Positions 25,908 to 38,541 are shown, counted from the stretch's first letter. The stretch: DNA of 61,812 bases from an uncultured Bacilli bacterium (GCA_947628145.1 CANQYU010000001.1:1-61812); one strand, 5' to 3'. The notes: generated from the letters alone by a model not told the origin. Numbers and translations: made by a program.

Positions 25908-26750
25908 TTAACGGGACCAACCGAAATGCATATTTTTTAAAATAGTTTGTAAAGATGTTATTAAATTCTTAGTTTCAATAGATATTTCTTCCGCGTCTAA
26001 AAGGGCTACTAAATCATCATAAATTAAATTTAAAGTTTCTTCATCACATAAAACTAAACGAGATAAAATATTGATTACCGAAATAACTATTAAAGCATAG
26101 GTATTAGAAGAATTATTTAAATCATCATGACTACGAATATATTCTATAAAATCTAAACTTTCTAAGACTAATATACTTTTATCAACAAAAATATGACTAG
26201 GAAGCTCTTCAGTTCGATATTTATCAGCTTCTAAACTGATATTAGTACTTAACATATCATATAAGAAATCATTTTCTAAATAAGGGTCCATATATATTAA
26301 ATTATATCGATATAATATCAATTCATTACGAATACTAGCATAATAAGGATTATTTATTAATTCATTTAGAAAGTTTAACATTAAATGATTAATATCCGTT
26401 TTTAAAGTATTAGCATAATCATAGACATCATCCCCAGTTAAATGTTCAAATAAATGGAAAAGACGATATATTTCGGCATCGACTAAATGACCTAAAGTTA
26501 AAGGTATTTCTTTAGGACTATATTTTCTTTTTAATATTTCTTCTTTTAAAGTATTTAAAGAAAATTGTTCTGTTAAATGCGAAATTATTTTAGTTTCTTT
26601 TTTAGTAAGCTCTATTATATTTTTAAAACATTCTTCATATTCTAAAGAATCTGTTTTATTTAAAACCTCGCCTGTATATAAAGCTAAATAATTTTCAGTA
26701 ATTTGTGCTTCTATATTTAATAATAAATTTATATATTCTTCTAAAACCAT
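25908..26750 (-). CDS. Hypothetical helical protein
   Basis: About 280-aa ORF. Start at ATG 26750 after AAGGTGGG. No family recognised. Confidence 0.65.
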   Translation of the reverse strand: MVLEEYINLLLNIEAQITENYLALYTGEVLNKTDSLEYEECFKNIIELTKKETKIISHLTEQFSLNTLKEEILKRKYSPKEIPLTLGHLVDAEIYRLFHLFEHLTGDDVYDYANTLKTDINHLMLNFLNELINNPYYASIRNELILYRYNLIYMDPYLENDFLYDMLSTNISLEADKYRTEELPSHIFVDKSILVLESLDFIEYIRSHDDLNNSSNTYALIVISVINILSRLVLCDEETLNLIYDDLVALLDAEEISIETKNLITSLQTILKNMHFGWSR

Positions 26751-26792
26751 ATAACCCACCTTTTTTTAGTATAACATATATTAAAAAAATGT

Positions 26793-26819
26793 AAATAAAA
26801 AAGAAGAGTTATTCTTCTT
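26793..26819 (-). terminator. Intrinsic terminator of rpoC
   Basis: Minus-strand hairpin AAGAAGA-ATAAC-TCTTCTT followed by TTTTATTT. The hairpin includes the stop codon. Confidence 0.6.
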
Positions 26820-29800
26820 CAGTTTGAGGAATGGCATTTTCTAATTCTTCATTTTCTAAAGTTGTTTCCTCTTCACTAATAGTAGGCTCTTCTTCTGTTT
26901 CAACATCAGTTTTCTCATCCATAAGTTTTTCTTCTAAGAATTCTGAAGCATCATCATCCATAAATTCTTTTTCCAGATAAATATCAATGTCATTATATTC
27001 TTTAGCACCTGTTCCAGCCGGAATAAGTTTACCAATAATAACATTTTCTTTTAAACCACGTAAGTAATCAACTTTACCTTTAATCGCAGCGTCAGTTAAT
27101 ACTCTGGTTGTTTCTTGGAAAGAAGCCGCGGATAAATAACTATCAGTTTCAAGAGAAGATTTAGTTATACCTAACATAATTGGACGACCAGTCGCTGGAA
27201 TACCACCACGTAAAATTACTGGTTTATTTCCTTCGGTAAAGTCATGCATAGATACAGTTAAGCCTTCTACAAAATCTGTATCTCCAGCATCAATTATCCG
27301 AACTTTATTAATCATTCTCTTAACAATTATTTCCACGTGTTTATCATTAATATCAACACCTTGTAATTTATATACCGCTTGAATTTCTTTTAAGATATAT
27401 TCTTGAGCTGTAAGTGGGTCCGTGACGGCAAGTAATTCTTTTGGCGCAATAGAGCCTTCCGTTAATTTTTCACCAGCGACAACTTGGTCCCCAACTTCAA
27501 CCCGAAGCTTAGTATTGTAATTAGTGATATGTTCTCTTATACCAGCTTCATTTTCAACGACAACTTTATGTTTACCACCTTGGTCTTCAATAGAAATAAC
27601 TTTACCATTGATTTCCGAAATAGTTGCTTTATATTTTGGCGTACGTGCCTCAAATAACTCTTCAACCCGAGGTAAACCTTGAGTAATATCGTCACCACCG
27701 GCAACACCACCAGTGTGGAATGTACGCATAGTAAGTTGAGTACCAGGTTCGCCAATAGATTGAGCGGCCATAATACCAACTGCTTCGCCGGTTTCAACTA
27801 AGTTACCGGTTGCAAGGTTACGTCCATAACATTTTTGACATACCCCATTTTGAGTTTTACAAGTAAGAACACTCCTTATTTCAACTTTCTTAATACCAGC
27901 TTTAACTATTTTAGTTGCAATATTTTCAGTAATAAGCTCATCTTTATCCACGATTAATTCTTTAGTCTCGGGATTAACTACTTTTTTAGCTGTATATCTA
28001 CCTAAAATACGTTCGCTTAAAGATTCAATTACTGAACCATCTTTATCATTAACTAAATCATAAACCTCAACTCCGGCAATAGAGCCACAATCAAATTCTT
28101 TAACAATTATATCTTGAGCAACATCGACTAAACGACGAGTTAAATATCCAGAGTCGGCAGTACGTAAAGCAGTATCCGCGGAACCTTTTCGAGAACCATG
28201 GGTTGATAAGAAGAACTCAGATACATCTAGACCTTCAATAAAACATGAGGTAATAGGAATTTCAACGGTTGAACCATCAGGTTTAGCCATTAAACCACGC
28301 ATACCAGCAAGTTGAGTAAAGTTGGAAATAGAACCACGCGCATTAGAGTTCATCATCATAAATATTGGGTTATCAAAGTCATTGGCAGATATTTCTTGTA
28401 ATTCTTTTTTAACCTCGTCATTAGCTTCATTCCAAATTGCTATAACACTATTATATCTTTCTTCTTCAGTAATTAAACCACGTTTAAATTGTTTATTTAC
28501 TTTATCAACTTTATCTTTAGCATCGGCAATAATTTGAGGTTTCTTTTCGCTTCGAACAATATCAGATACAGATACAGTTATACCAGCGACAGTTGAATAT
28601 TTGAAACCTAAATCTTTTAATTTATCAAGCATTATAGATGTTTCTGTAGTTTTATAACGTTTAAATACTTGAGCAATTATCCATTCAAGAGTTTTCTTAA
28701 CAAATGGTTTAGATAATTCCATTTTAGCTATTTCTTCCGGAATATTTTTACCCATTTCAATAAAGAATTTACTTGGAGTTATTCCTTCGATATTTTCTTT
28801 AGTACCCTCATTTACATATGGGAAAGAATCCGGTAAAATTTCATTAAAGATTATTTTACCTACGGTAGTTACTAAATATTTATTTTGTTGTTCTTCGGTA
28901 AATAATTTATATTTGAAAGAACGAACTGGAACAGCAATACGAGTATGAAGAGTTACCTCTCTTCTTTCGTAAGCCATTAAAGCTTCACTAGTATTTTTAT
29001 AAACTTTACCTTCGTTGGGCTCGCCCGCTTTTTCAATAGTTAAATAGCAGTTTCCTAAAACCATATCTTGAGATGGAGTAACAATAGGTTTACCATCTTT
29101 AGGGTTTAAGATATTACTTGCTGATAACATTAAAATTCGCGCTTCGGCTTTAGCTTCCTCAGATAAAGGAATATGGACAGCCATTTGGTCACCATCAAAA
29201 TCGGCATTAAATCCCGTACAAACTAATGGGTGTAAACGAATAGCTTTACCGCCGACTAATTTAGGTTCAAAAGCTTGAATACCAAGTCTATGTAAAGTTG
29301 GAGCTCGGTTTAATAATACAGGATGTTCAGTAATTACATCTTCGACAATATCCCAAACACATTCGTCACGAGTATCTATTAATTTTTTTGCTCCTTTAAT
29401 ATTATGAGCTAAACCTCTTTCAACTAAGCCATGAATAACATGAGGTTTAAATAATTCAAGAGCCATTTCTTTAGGTAAACCACATTGATACATTTTTAAG
29501 TTTGGTCCAACTACAATAACAGAACGACCAGAATAATCAACCCGTTTACCTAACAAATTTTGACGGAAACGTCCTTGTTTACCTTTTAACATACTAGATA
29601 AACTCTTTAATGGACGATTACCAGCCGCGGTAATAGAACGACCCCGACGACCATTATCAAATAAAGAGTCAACTGCTTCTTGAAGCATTCTTTTTTCATT
29701 TTGAACGATAATAGTTGGAGCGCCTAATTCTAATAATTTTTTTAAACGATTATTACGATTAATAATTCGACGATATAAATCATTTAAGTCAGAGGTAGCA

Positions 29801-30546
29801 AAACGACCACCATCAAGTTGAATCATTGGACGTAATTCAGGGGGAATAACAGGTAGAACGTCTAAGACCATCCATTCAGGCTTATTGCCACTTTCTTGGA
29901 AAGCAACTAAACAATCTAAACGTTTTACTAAACGAATTCTTTTTTGGCCAGTCGCATTTTCAAGTTCATGACGTAGTTCTTCAACTTCTTTATCAATATC
30001 AACTTTACTTAATAATTCTTTAATAGCTTCGGCACCCATGCCTACTTTAAAGGAATTACCATATTTTTCATAATAAGCCCGATATTCTTTATCAGATAAA
30101 GTTTGTTTTTGCTCTAAAGGAGCATTTCCTGGGTCAATTACTACATAAGAAACGAAATATAAAACTTCCTCTAAGTCTCTTGGAGACATATCTAGGACAA
30201 GACCCATTTTAGAGGGAACGCCTTTAAAGAACCAAATATGAGAACATGGAGCGGCTAATTCAATATGACCCATTCTTTCCCGACGAACACGAGATTTAGT
30301 TACCTCAACGCCACAACGGTCACATATAACATTTTTATATCTTAAACGTTTATATTTACCACAGCTACATTCATAATCTTTAGTTGGACCAAAGATTTTT
30401 TCACAGAATAAGCCTCCCCGTTCTGGTTTTAAAGTACGATAATTGATGGTTTCTGGTTTTTCAACTTCACCATAAGACCAACTACGAATTTTCTCGGGTG
30501 ATGCAATACCTATTTTAATACCTTTAAAATTATTAACATCTATCAT
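26809..30546 (-). CDS. rpoC: DNA-directed RNA polymerase subunit beta'
   Basis: 1245 aa. Zinc motif CSCGKY..C..CGVEV and catalytic NADFDGD. Acidic C-terminal tail. Confidence 0.98.
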   Translation of the reverse strand: MIDVNNFKGIKIGIASPEKIRSWSYGEVEKPETINYRTLKPERGGLFCEKIFGPTKDYECSCGKYKRLRYKNVICDRCGVEVTKSRVRRERMGHIELAAPCSHIWFFKGVPSKMGLVLDMSPRDLEEVLYFVSYVVIDPGNAPLEQKQTLSDKEYRAYYEKYGNSFKVGMGAEAIKELLSKVDIDKEVEELRHELENATGQKRIRLVKRLDCLVAFQESGNKPEWMVLDVLPVIPPELRPMIQLDGGRFATSDLNDLYRRIINRNNRLKKLLELGAPTIIVQNEKRMLQEAVDSLFDNGRRGRSITAAGNRPLKSLSSMLKGKQGRFRQNLLGKRVDYSGRSVIVVGPNLKMYQCGLPKEMALELFKPHVIHGLVERGLAHNIKGAKKLIDTRDECVWDIVEDVITEHPVLLNRAPTLHRLGIQAFEPKLVGGKAIRLHPLVCTGFNADFDGDQMAVHIPLSEEAKAEARILMLSASNILNPKDGKPIVTPSQDMVLGNCYLTIEKAGEPNEGKVYKNTSEALMAYERREVTLHTRIAVPVRSFKYKLFTEEQQNKYLVTTVGKIIFNEILPDSFPYVNEGTKENIEGITPSKFFIEMGKNIPEEIAKMELSKPFVKKTLEWIIAQVFKRYKTTETSIMLDKLKDLGFKYSTVAGITVSVSDIVRSEKKPQIIADAKDKVDKVNKQFKRGLITEEERYNSVIAIWNEANDEVKKELQEISANDFDNPIFMMMNSNARGSISNFTQLAGMRGLMAKPDGSTVEIPITSCFIEGLDVSEFFLSTHGSRKGSADTALRTADSGYLTRRLVDVAQDIIVKEFDCGSIAGVEVYDLVNDKDGSVIESLSERILGRYTAKKVVNPETKELIVDKDELITENIATKIVKAGIKKVEIRSVLTCKTQNGVCQKCYGRNLATGNLVETGEAVGIMAAQSIGEPGTQLTMRTFHTGGVAGGDDITQGLPRVEELFEARTPKYKATISEINGKVISIEDQGGKHKVVVENEAGIREHITNYNTKLRVEVGDQVVAGEKLTEGSIAPKELLAVTDPLTAQEYILKEIQAVYKLQGVDINDKHVEIIVKRMINKVRIIDAGDTDFVEGLTVSMHDFTEGNKPVILRGGIPATGRPIMLGITKSSLETDSYLSAASFQETTRVLTDAAIKGKVDYLRGLKENVIIGKLIPAGTGAKEYNDIDIYLEKEFMDDDASEFLEEKLMDEKTDVETEEEPTISEEETTLENEELENAIPQTEEE

Positions 30547-30549
30547 AAA

Positions 30550-33500
30550 TTACACCTCTTCCCCTAAGATTTCATCTTCTAATTCTTCTAGTTCCTCATC
30601 ATCTGGTTCTTCATCAAAGTCATCATCTTGAGCGTCAAAATCGTCATCGCCATCTTCATAGTCTTCTTCCGGCATTTCTTCTTCGTCGTCGCCTTTTAAT
30701 TCAATTTCGCCATCACGAATACTAGCTTCGGCATCTATTTCTTCTATTTTTAAAGTATCTTCTTGAGCTTCTTCCTCTTCAAGGTCTTTAAATTCTATTA
30801 CTTTATCATCTTGAGATATAATTTGCATATCTAAACCTAAAGCTTGGAATTCTTTAATTAAAACTCGGAAAGATTCAGGAACACCAGCTTGATTAACAGT
30901 TTTACCTTTAACTAAAGCTTCATAAACTTTAACCCGGCCAATAATATCGTCGGCTTTAACAGTTAAAATTTCTTGTAAAACATGAGCTGCACCATAAGCA
31001 TATAGAGCCCAAACTTCCATTTCACCAAAACGTTGGCCACCAAATTGTGCTTTACCACCTAAAGGTTGTTGAGTTACTAAAGAATAAGGTCCTGTTGCTC
31101 GAGCATGTAATTTATCATCAACCATATGATGTAATTTTAACATATACATTACACCAACCGAAATACGTTGGTCAAATGGTTCACCAGTACGACCATTATA
31201 AAGAATAGTTTTACCATCAGGTTCCATACCAGCAGTATGCATTTCTTCTTGGATATCTTCCCATGTAGCACTATCAAAGACTGGCGTAGCATAATGAACA
31301 CCTTGGAGTTTTCCAGCCATTCCTAAGTGTAATTCTAAGATTTGACCGATATTCATACGAGATGGAACACCTAGAGGGTTTAACATAACATCAACTGGTT
31401 TACCATTTGGTAAGTATGGCATATCTTCTTCTGGTAAAATAAGCGAAATAACACCTTTATTACCATGACGACCTGACATTTTATCGCCAACTTGAATTTT
31501 ACGTTTTTGAATAATATAGACTCTTATTATTTTAGAAACACCAGCTGGTAATTCGTCAGAGTTTTCTTTAGTATAAATTTTAACATCATGAACTATACCG
31601 GCGGCACCATGTTCAACTCTTAATGAAGTATCTCTTACTTCTCGAGTTTTTTCACCAAAAATAGCATGTAATAATTTTTCTTCACTAGTTAATTCTTGAA
31701 CACCTTTTGGCGTAACTTTACCAACTAAAATGTCCCCTTCTTTAACCTCAGTACCAATTCTTACTATACCATTAGAATCTAAGTTTTTACGAGCTTCTTC
31801 ACCAACATTAGGAATATCACGAGTTATTTCTTCAGGTCCTAGTTTAGTATCCCGACAATCAATATCATAATGCTCTAAATGTAAAGAAGTATAAACATCA
31901 TCTTTAACTAATCTTTCATTTAAAATTACCGCATCTTCATAGTTATAACCATTAAAGGTCATGAAAGCAACTGTCATATTTTTACCTAAAGCAAGTTCGC
32001 CTTTTTCCGTCGATGGGCCATCGGCAATTACTTCACCACGATGGACTTTATCACCTTTTTTAACAATTGGATGGTGATTTAAAGCCGTCGAAGCATTAGT
32101 TCTTTCAAAATCAGCTAAATAATAAGTGTCTTTGCCTTTAGCATTTTTAACAATAATTTTTTTACCATCCGCATATTCAACGACGCCATCAGCTTTACAA
32201 ACAACTGTAGAGCCAGAATCACGGGCAGCAATATATTCTACACCAGTTCCGACAATTGGAGCTTCACTAGTTAAAAGAGGAACCGCTTGACGTTGCATGT
32301 TGGCACCCATCAAAGTACGATTAGCATCGTCATATTCAAGGAATGGGATACAACTTGTGGTAATTGCAACAATTTGACTTGGAGCAACGTCAACATAATT
32401 AACGTCTTCTCTTTTTACCATAACGTTATCTCCATTTAAACGACATAGAATTTCATCATTTATAATCCGATTATTATTATCAAGTTTAACTGTAGCTTGG
32501 GAAATATAATAATCATGTTCTTCATCCGCGGTCATATAAACTACTTCATTACTTACTACACCATTTTCAACTTTACGATATGGAGTCATAATGAAACCAT
32601 ATTCATTAATTTTAGCATAGCCAGCTAAAGAAGTAATTAAACCAATGTTTTGACCTTCTGGAGATTCGATTGGACAAATACGACCATAATGGGAAGCATT
32701 AACGTCACGAACATCCATGCCAGCTCTATCCCGAGAAAGACCACCAGGTCCTAAGCTTGATAAACGTCTTTTATCAGTTAATTCGGCAATAGGATTAATT
32801 TGGTCCATAAATTTTGATAATTGAGAAGAGCCAAAGAACTCTTTTAAAGCCGCCGTGACCGGGCGAATATTAATTAATGTCTTAGGGGTAACAGAGTCTA
32901 ACTCTTGGGTAGTCATTCTTTCACGAATAACTCTTTCCATCCGAGACATTCCGGTTTTAAAGACATTTTGAATTAATTCCCCAACTTGTCTTACCCGACG
33001 ATTTCCTAAATTATCTATTTCATCAGTATTACCAATATTATCATGTAAATTTAAATAATAAGATATAGATGCATAAATATCCGGAATAGTTAAACGTCTA
33101 ACATCAGTTTTACTATCATTACCGATAATTTTAATAATTCGTTCTGGATTATCTTGAGCATATACTTTAACTTCTTGAATTTCGTTATATTCGTCAAGCT
33201 CTTCATTAATAATTGTTTTCTTTAAATTAACGCCTTTAGCAAAGACAGGTCTTAATTCTTCTAAAACCTCTTTAGTTACTAAAGTGCCTTTACTAGCGAC
33301 TATTTTTTTACCATCTTTAATATCTTCAGCTAAAGTACAACCAAGTAAACGGTCAATAATATTTAATTTCTTATTAAATTTATAGCGACCTACTTTAGCT
33401 AAATCATAACGGAATCTGTCAAAAAATCTCGTTACTAATTGATTTTTACTACTATCAAGAGTAGCAGGTTCACCAGGACGAAGCTTTTCGTATATCTCAA

Positions 33501-34200
33501 TTAAAGCTTCATCAGTATTACGAGTAGAGTCTTTTTCAATAGTATTAGCTAAATAATCATTTTCACCAAATACTTCGTAAATATCCTCGTCATTAGATAA
33601 ACCTAATGCTCTTAAAAAGGTTGTGACTGGTACTTTTCTAGTACGGTCTATTCTAACATACATGATATTACGAGCATCAACCTCATACTCTAACCATGTA
33701 CCTTTATTTGGTATTACTTCACCACTTATAATACGACGACCATTTTTATCTATTTCTCTTTTAAAATAAATAGATGGACTACGGACTAATTGGGAAACAA
33801 TAACCCGTTCGGCACCATTTATAATAAATGTTCCGGAATCCGTCATAAGTGGCATATCGCCTAAGAATATTTCTTGCTCTTTAACTTCACCAGTTTCGTG
33901 AATAAATACTCTTGCTTGAACCTTTAAGGGAGCAGCATAGTTTACCATTCTTTCCTTTGCTTCTTTTACAGAATATCTTGGAACATCAAAAGAATATTCG
34001 CCGAATTCTAGCGAAATATTACCAGTAAAAGATTCAACCGGAAATAAGTCTTCAAATGTTTCTTTAATACCTATGTTTAAGAATTCTTGATAACTCTTTT
34101 TTTGAATTTCAAGTAAATCTTGCAACTCCATAGTGTTTCGACTTCTAGAGAAGGTTCTTCTTTCTCTATGGTCTCCAAATTTTTCAACTTTATAAGCCAC
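30550..34200 (-). CDS. rpoB: DNA-directed RNA polymerase subunit beta
   Basis: 1216 aa with GTG start after GGGGTGA. Conserved blocks [13 protein letters not shown] and FGEMEVWAL. Long acidic C-terminal tail. Only a 3-nt gap to rpoC. Confidence 0.98.
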   Translation of the reverse strand: MAYKVEKFGDHRERRTFSRSRNTMELQDLLEIQKKSYQEFLNIGIKETFEDLFPVESFTGNISLEFGEYSFDVPRYSVKEAKERMVNYAAPLKVQARVFIHETGEVKEQEIFLGDMPLMTDSGTFIINGAERVIVSQLVRSPSIYFKREIDKNGRRIISGEVIPNKGTWLEYEVDARNIMYVRIDRTRKVPVTTFLRALGLSNDEDIYEVFGENDYLANTIEKDSTRNTDEALIEIYEKLRPGEPATLDSSKNQLVTRFFDRFRYDLAKVGRYKFNKKLNIIDRLLGCTLAEDIKDGKKIVASKGTLVTKEVLEELRPVFAKGVNLKKTIINEELDEYNEIQEVKVYAQDNPERIIKIIGNDSKTDVRRLTIPDIYASISYYLNLHDNIGNTDEIDNLGNRRVRQVGELIQNVFKTGMSRMERVIRERMTTQELDSVTPKTLINIRPVTAALKEFFGSSQLSKFMDQINPIAELTDKRRLSSLGPGGLSRDRAGMDVRDVNASHYGRICPIESPEGQNIGLITSLAGYAKINEYGFIMTPYRKVENGVVSNEVVYMTADEEHDYYISQATVKLDNNNRIINDEILCRLNGDNVMVKREDVNYVDVAPSQIVAITTSCIPFLEYDDANRTLMGANMQRQAVPLLTSEAPIVGTGVEYIAARDSGSTVVCKADGVVEYADGKKIIVKNAKGKDTYYLADFERTNASTALNHHPIVKKGDKVHRGEVIADGPSTEKGELALGKNMTVAFMTFNGYNYEDAVILNERLVKDDVYTSLHLEHYDIDCRDTKLGPEEITRDIPNVGEEARKNLDSNGIVRIGTEVKEGDILVGKVTPKGVQELTSEEKLLHAIFGEKTREVRDTSLRVEHGAAGIVHDVKIYTKENSDELPAGVSKIIRVYIIQKRKIQVGDKMSGRHGNKGVISLILPEEDMPYLPNGKPVDVMLNPLGVPSRMNIGQILELHLGMAGKLQGVHYATPVFDSATWEDIQEEMHTAGMEPDGKTILYNGRTGEPFDQRISVGVMYMLKLHHMVDDKLHARATGPYSLVTQQPLGGKAQFGGQRFGEMEVWALYAYGAAHVLQEILTVKADDIIGRVKVYEALVKGKTVNQAGVPESFRVLIKEFQALGLDMQIISQDDKVIEFKDLEEEEAQEDTLKIEEIDAEASIRDGEIELKGDDEEEMPEEDYEDGDDDFDAQDDDFDEEPDDEELEELEDEILGEEV

Positions 34201-34267
34201 GATTTCACCCCAATATCTAAAATTTTAGTGCTCATTTAAAGAATTACAAATACGTCACCAATTTAAA

Positions 34268-34296
34268 ATTTTAACAATAAAATATTGTGTTGTCAA
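34268..34296 (-). promoter_or_regulatory. Sigma-A-type promoter upstream of rpoB
   Basis: TTGACA, a 17-nt spacer, then TAAAAT on the minus strand. Overlaps the stop of the upstream methyltransferase gene. Confidence 0.45.
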
Positions 34297-34889
34297 TTAC
34301 TTTTTGCAAGAAAAACATAAAAACCCTTACTTTTTTCTTTAATTTCAATTTGATACAGAGAATTTAATTCTTTAATGATACTTTTTACTCCTCCATCAAC
34401 TCGAATTACCGCCCATAGTTCGCCCGATGGATTTAAATGCTTTTTCGCATCTTTTAAAATGCTTAAAACAACTTTTTTGCCCGCTCTAATGGGAGGATTA
34501 GTAATGATTAAATCAAACTTTCCTTCCACTTGTTCATATATATCACTCTCTTTAAATGAGACACTTACTTTATTTAACTTAGCATTTTCTTGAGCTAATT
34601 TTAAAGCTCTTTTATTAATATCGCACCCTACTCCCGGAATATTTAATACTTTAGCTAAAACGATACTAATAAAACCATACCCTGAGCCAACATCAAGAAA
34701 ACTTGTAATATTTTTTTTATTCTTTAAATAAGTTTCGACTAGAAGAATACTACCATAATCAATTTTATTTTTAGAGAATACACCATTATCACTTAAAAAC
34801 TTAAAAGGAATAGAATTGTAAGTAAAATTAATAATTCTACGTTCACTTTTTAATTGGCTGTTGTTAGTAAAATAGTGTTCCAAGTGCAT
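34293..34889 (-). CDS. Class I SAM-dependent methyltransferase (YbxB/RsmC-like small rRNA MTase)
   Basis: Motif I VGSGYG and motif IV NPPIRAG. Its position directly upstream of rpoB matches Bacillus ybxB. Confidence 0.8.
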   Translation of the reverse strand: MHLEHYFTNNSQLKSERRIINFTYNSIPFKFLSDNGVFSKNKIDYGSILLVETYLKNKKNITSFLDVGSGYGFISIVLAKVLNIPGVGCDINKRALKLAQENAKLNKVSVSFKESDIYEQVEGKFDLIITNPPIRAGKKVVLSILKDAKKHLNPSGELWAVIRVDGGVKSIIKELNSLYQIEIKEKSKGFYVFLAKSN

Positions 34890-34960
34890 ATCCCCTTTTT
34901 TGATTACTTTTAGTATATCAAAGATAAAAAAATAGTCAAGAGTTACTTAACTATTTTTCT

Positions 34961-35668
34961 TTAAGAATTACTGCTTTTATAAATTATAACCCCGACTATT
35001 CCAACTAGGAAGACACTAACAGCTCCAATTACTAAAACATAGGTGATTAAATCGGGTTTAGAATTTGGGGTTGGTTCTTCTGTTGGATTTTCTTCAGGCG
35101 AAATTACAGGAACTTTTTTAGCATATTCTAATTGAATAAATTTATCTTGATAGTTGTTTCTATTTATTTTCCAAGTATGAGTATTATTATTTTTTAAATC
35201 AGCATTACTATTTATAATTTCATAATCACTAGAAAGCTCTATATTAATATTTAACTCGTCTAATTCGTCATAATAGTCAAAACAGGAATTGCCTTTAGAG
35301 GTATTAATAATCAAATGATTCTCACTACCAGAAATAAGCCTAACACTTTCTAAGCAGGAATGAGAAGCTGTAGAATTAATAAATTCTCTTCGAGGAAAAT
35401 AATAACTAAAAGTAGCATAATTTTCTTGAAAATTAGTTTGATAATATTTACTTGTATCTTCAATAATATAATCTTCAATATTACCATTTTCATCAACTGA
35501 TTCACTTGGACCTTGGTCGGTATAATAGGCTGGAGTAGGCACACTTGATATATTACTAGCATAAATCGTAATTTCTTCTTGAGCACCATCTTCATTAATA
35601 GTTAAATTATAGTTAGCAGTACAACCAGTTAAAATTATTATAAATAATAAAAGAATAATTTTTCGCAT
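34961..35668 (-). CDS. Lipoprotein with C-terminal TM anchor, function unknown
   Basis: Lipobox LLFIIILTGC. C-terminal hydrophobic helix after a Pro/Glu/Thr linker. Confidence 0.7.
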   Translation of the reverse strand: MRKIILLLFIIILTGCTANYNLTINEDGAQEEITIYASNISSVPTPAYYTDQGPSESVDENGNIEDYIIEDTSKYYQTNFQENYATFSYYFPRREFINSTASHSCLESVRLISGSENHLIINTSKGNSCFDYYDELDELNINIELSSDYEIINSNADLKNNNTHTWKINRNNYQDKFIQLEYAKKVPVISPEENPTEEPTPNSKPDLITYVLVIGAVSVFLVGIVGVIIYKSSNS

Positions 35669-35680
35669 TTTATCTCCTTT

Positions 35681-37939
35681 TTATTGTAACATTCCAGCTC
35701 GGAAAATATTGGCAAATTCTTCAGGGGTAACATTTAATTTATTATTAGCATACCAATCAGTCATATCCACCACAAAATTCTCAGAATCACTAAAGGATAC
35801 AGTACTAATTTTGGTGCCTTCTTTTTCACAGGAGGCATGGGCTATATAATATATTCGATTAATCTCATCGACACCAATGATAAATTGAATATGGCCAGAG
35901 TGCCACAACAAATCACCGGGCTGGCCTACAGGTTCTCCTTTAAGTGGTATTTTTTCACCATTATTTAAATCACCATAGCCGGCAGAGCCGATATTACCAG
36001 GAGCATTAAAACCAGCATTATGCAATATCCAACTTACAAAGCCTGCACATTCAGGGCCATAGACTTTATAATCAACAGTACAATTATCGCCATAATTATA
36101 ATAAGTTGAATTTCCACAATTACTATTATGGATAGGAGTTCCCCAATCAGGATCTACACCATAAAAGTTTTTATAGTATTTATTGATGTTAACACCTTGA
36201 GAATTATAAAAGTCACTACATTGTCTTTGACCACATAAAGTATAAGGAAGACGTACCCCATACATTTGATATAAATCGCCAACCATGGAAATAGCAACAG
36301 CGACCGCGGCAGCTCTAGTTCCCGGGCCAACACTTAAAACATTGGCTAAGATATGTTCATTAAATTCGTTTACATTACTTCCATTTTTCCGCAAATAATC
36401 TCTTAAATTAGTGTCTATTATATCATTGCGACCCCTACTAGTAGCTAAAGTATAATTATCACTAACACTTTCATAGATAGACATTATTTTACTATCTTCT
36501 CCATTATAATATGCTAAAATATCAAGATAATCATAGCCTTTTTCAAGATTTAAATAATAAGCTCCTATTTGACTAGCTCCATAAGCGTGGCCATGTTCAC
36601 AACGACCTTCATCGACATATGAAATGAAATCAGTTCGACTAGTCCATTTATCCCAGCTTTTAGGAATAGGTTGTAATTGTTCAGTACCAATAGTATTGCT
36701 TCCATAGCCAATATAATAGTTCTCGTCATCTTCGCTTCTTAAACAAGCCATGTCATAATTGCCTTTACCTATTTCATTATTTTTTACCAAAATTAAACCA
36801 TAAGTTTCGGCCGTGGCTTTAGCAATAATATTATCTTCCGCGGTTATTTTAGCAATAACATTTTCATCCGTATTCATATTTTGAAAGCTACTACTAGATG
36901 GGAGAACACATGGGTCTTCTTCAGTATTATTATTAATACCTCTTAAAGCATAAGTTCGAGACATAATGGCAAACGTTTTTAAAGTATCCATAGAATCAGT
37001 AAATTCTCCAACTTCAGCATATATAACTCCAGGAATATACTCTTTTTCAAAATCAAATTCTCGAGTGTAAGTACCATCTTTCTTTTTAATAGTGACTTTA
37101 TCACATAGAACATTTGGTTTATAATATGGATAACCATATAAGCCCATTTTATCAAAATTACTATTAAATTTAGAATCGCCACCCATGACGGTAAAGATTA
37201 TTAGGAAGAAAAAGGCTATTCCCATCCCTCCTAAAATAATAGGAATTTTATGACGCTCATAAAAACTTTTTAAACCTTTACTTAAAATATCTGAAGCATT
37301 AGGTCCACTTTGACCCTTTCCTTTATTTGAAGCTTGAGGATTAGTTAAGTCAGGTGGAAGAAGAGAGGAAAGTGGTCTTCTAGGAGAAGGAGTTGCTCCT
37401 GCCTCAGAATTAGGAGCCGTGCCCATCTCAGGATTAGGAGTTCCTCCATTAGCTTCGGCATTATTAGCCATTTCACGATTTAAACTACCATTTTTACGGA
37501 AATTAGGAATTGGATTTTCAGAAGCTTGAGGCATTCTAGAAGCTTGAGCTCCTTTATTTCCTTTCATATTAATGGCTTCATTAGCCATATTAGTGGCACC
37601 ACTTTGATTTAATCCTTGACTTGCTTCTTTAACCCCGGGAATTTTATCAGCTTTTTTAGCTACATCACTGGTTGCTTTGTCAAGTATTTGACTTGTACCA
37701 GGAATTTTTTTAGCCATATCATAGGCTTTACCCCCTATTCCGGGAGCAAAATGCTCGGCAACCCCTTTAGCCGCGGTATCTACAACTTGTTTAGTATCAG
37801 AATGCTCATCTTGAGTTGTGGGAGAATTATTTTTACTATAATAATTTTCAGGTATTTGACTTATAAAGCGTGAGTTTTCAGGTGTATTCGATTGTTGATT
37901 ATTTTCTTCATTTGAATAATTAGAGTTATTTTCATTCAT
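35681..37939 (-). CDS. Multidomain cell-wall hydrolase: disordered N-terminus, TM, SpoIID/LytB-like domain, NlpC/P60-type cysteine peptidase domain
   Basis: Start set at ATG 37939 (RBS AGAGGGTG). EYIPGVIYAEVGEF..LKTFAIMSRTYAL matches the SpoIID/LytB signature. ECAGFVSWILHNAG...GDLLWHSGHIQF matches the NlpC/P60 Cys/His signature. Confidence 0.75.
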   Translation of the reverse strand: MNENNSNYSNEENNQQSNTPENSRFISQIPENYYSKNNSPTTQDEHSDTKQVVDTAAKGVAEHFAPGIGGKAYDMAKKIPGTSQILDKATSDVAKKADKIPGVKEASQGLNQSGATNMANEAINMKGNKGAQASRMPQASENPIPNFRKNGSLNREMANNAEANGGTPNPEMGTAPNSEAGATPSPRRPLSSLLPPDLTNPQASNKGKGQSGPNASDILSKGLKSFYERHKIPIILGGMGIAFFFLIIFTVMGGDSKFNSNFDKMGLYGYPYYKPNVLCDKVTIKKKDGTYTREFDFEKEYIPGVIYAEVGEFTDSMDTLKTFAIMSRTYALRGINNNTEEDPCVLPSSSSFQNMNTDENVIAKITAEDNIIAKATAETYGLILVKNNEIGKGNYDMACLRSEDDENYYIGYGSNTIGTEQLQPIPKSWDKWTSRTDFISYVDEGRCEHGHAYGASQIGAYYLNLEKGYDYLDILAYYNGEDSKIMSIYESVSDNYTLATSRGRNDIIDTNLRDYLRKNGSNVNEFNEHILANVLSVGPGTRAAAVAVAISMVGDLYQMYGVRLPYTLCGQRQCSDFYNSQGVNINKYYKNFYGVDPDWGTPIHNSNCGNSTYYNYGDNCTVDYKVYGPECAGFVSWILHNAGFNAPGNIGSAGYGDLNNGEKIPLKGEPVGQPGDLLWHSGHIQFIIGVDEINRIYYIAHASCEKEGTKISTVSFSDSENFVVDMTDWYANNKLNVTPEEFANIFRAGMLQ

Positions 37940-38066
37940 TTTACTACACCCTCTTTGTCTTTTTAAATTATACCATAAAAAAATATAAAAAAAAAGAATT
38001 ATAGAATACACGATTTTAAATATTGAGCATAAATTAATAGTGAGAATACATGAAAGGGTGAATAAT

Positions 38067-38510
38067 ATGAATAATAACGATAGTAACACAACCGGAAACT
38101 GCATTAATGAAATACTTAGTGTTATATTAGTCCTTCAACAAAATGCCTGTCCAGAGTCTTGCTTAGACGCTTGTGATAGACCAGTTTTAGGTGGCGGGCC
38201 TAATTGTTTAATATGTAACACTCGACCAGTTATGCTATATACTTGCGGAGGAAATGGTACTCCTTGGAGTATGCCAACAGTTAAAGACACAACTATAACT
38301 TGTACAGGAACAACCGGTACAGAATGTTCAAGTATTTTTAGAGTTGAAAAAATCGAAGGGAATTGCTGTACTTTTAGAGTACTTGCCGATAATCCTGACC
38401 CAACCAGTTTAAATCCATATGTTTCAACTAATTCTTTCTTTACAATGGATTGTGGATGCTTATGTGCAATTAGATGTTTAAGTGATACTTACGTAGATTG
38501 TGTCTGCTAG
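38067..38510 (+). CDS. Spore coat/exosporium protein, CotZ/CotY/ExsY family
   Basis: Cys-rich 147 aa. FRVEKIEGNCCTFRVL and DCGCLCAIRCL resemble CotZ (FFRVERV..SCA..L, DLDCFCAINCL). Start at ATG 38067, after AAAGGGTGA. Confidence 0.75.
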   Translation: MNNNDSNTTGNCINEILSVILVLQQNACPESCLDACDRPVLGGGPNCLICNTRPVMLYTCGGNGTPWSMPTVKDTTITCTGTTGTECSSIFRVEKIEGNCCTFRVLADNPDPTSLNPYVSTNSFFTMDCGCLCAIRCLSDTYVDCVC

Positions 38511-38515
38511 TTAGT

Positions 38516-38541
38516 AAAAACCTCAAATAAGAGGTTTTTTT
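38516..38541. terminator. Bidirectional terminator
   Basis: Stem AAAAACCTC-loop-GAGGTTTTT. Confidence 0.7.

Noticed and set aside
27537-28537. ORFs 27537-27797 (minus strand, alternative frame) and 28322-28537 (plus strand) within rpoC. Likewise 2859-3047, 3545-3745, 7670-7993, 22112-22414, 34375-34593, 35350-35595, 36979-37182, 37616-37873, 39128-39316, 44868-45059, 54228-54575 and 56093-56362 within other genes.
   Set aside because: All are embedded in genes with unambiguous conserved motifs. They are short, lack an RBS, and are the kind of chance ORFs expected in AT-rich DNA.
30550-30900. Long acidic C-terminal tails of RpoB (and of RpoC at 26809-26960) as something unusual.
   Set aside because: Acidic C-terminal extensions of beta and beta' subunits also occur in Bacillus and other Firmicutes. 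Nothing suggests an insertion or fusion.
37940-38104. N-terminal extension of the hydrolase ORF (MQFPVVLL...). Analogous extensions occur at 3821-3967 (GH3 gene) and 54062-54205 (MBL-fold gene).
   Set aside because: The extensions overlap neighbouring genes or the divergent promoter region and lack an RBS. Internal ATGs with good SD sequences give proteins that start where homologues start.
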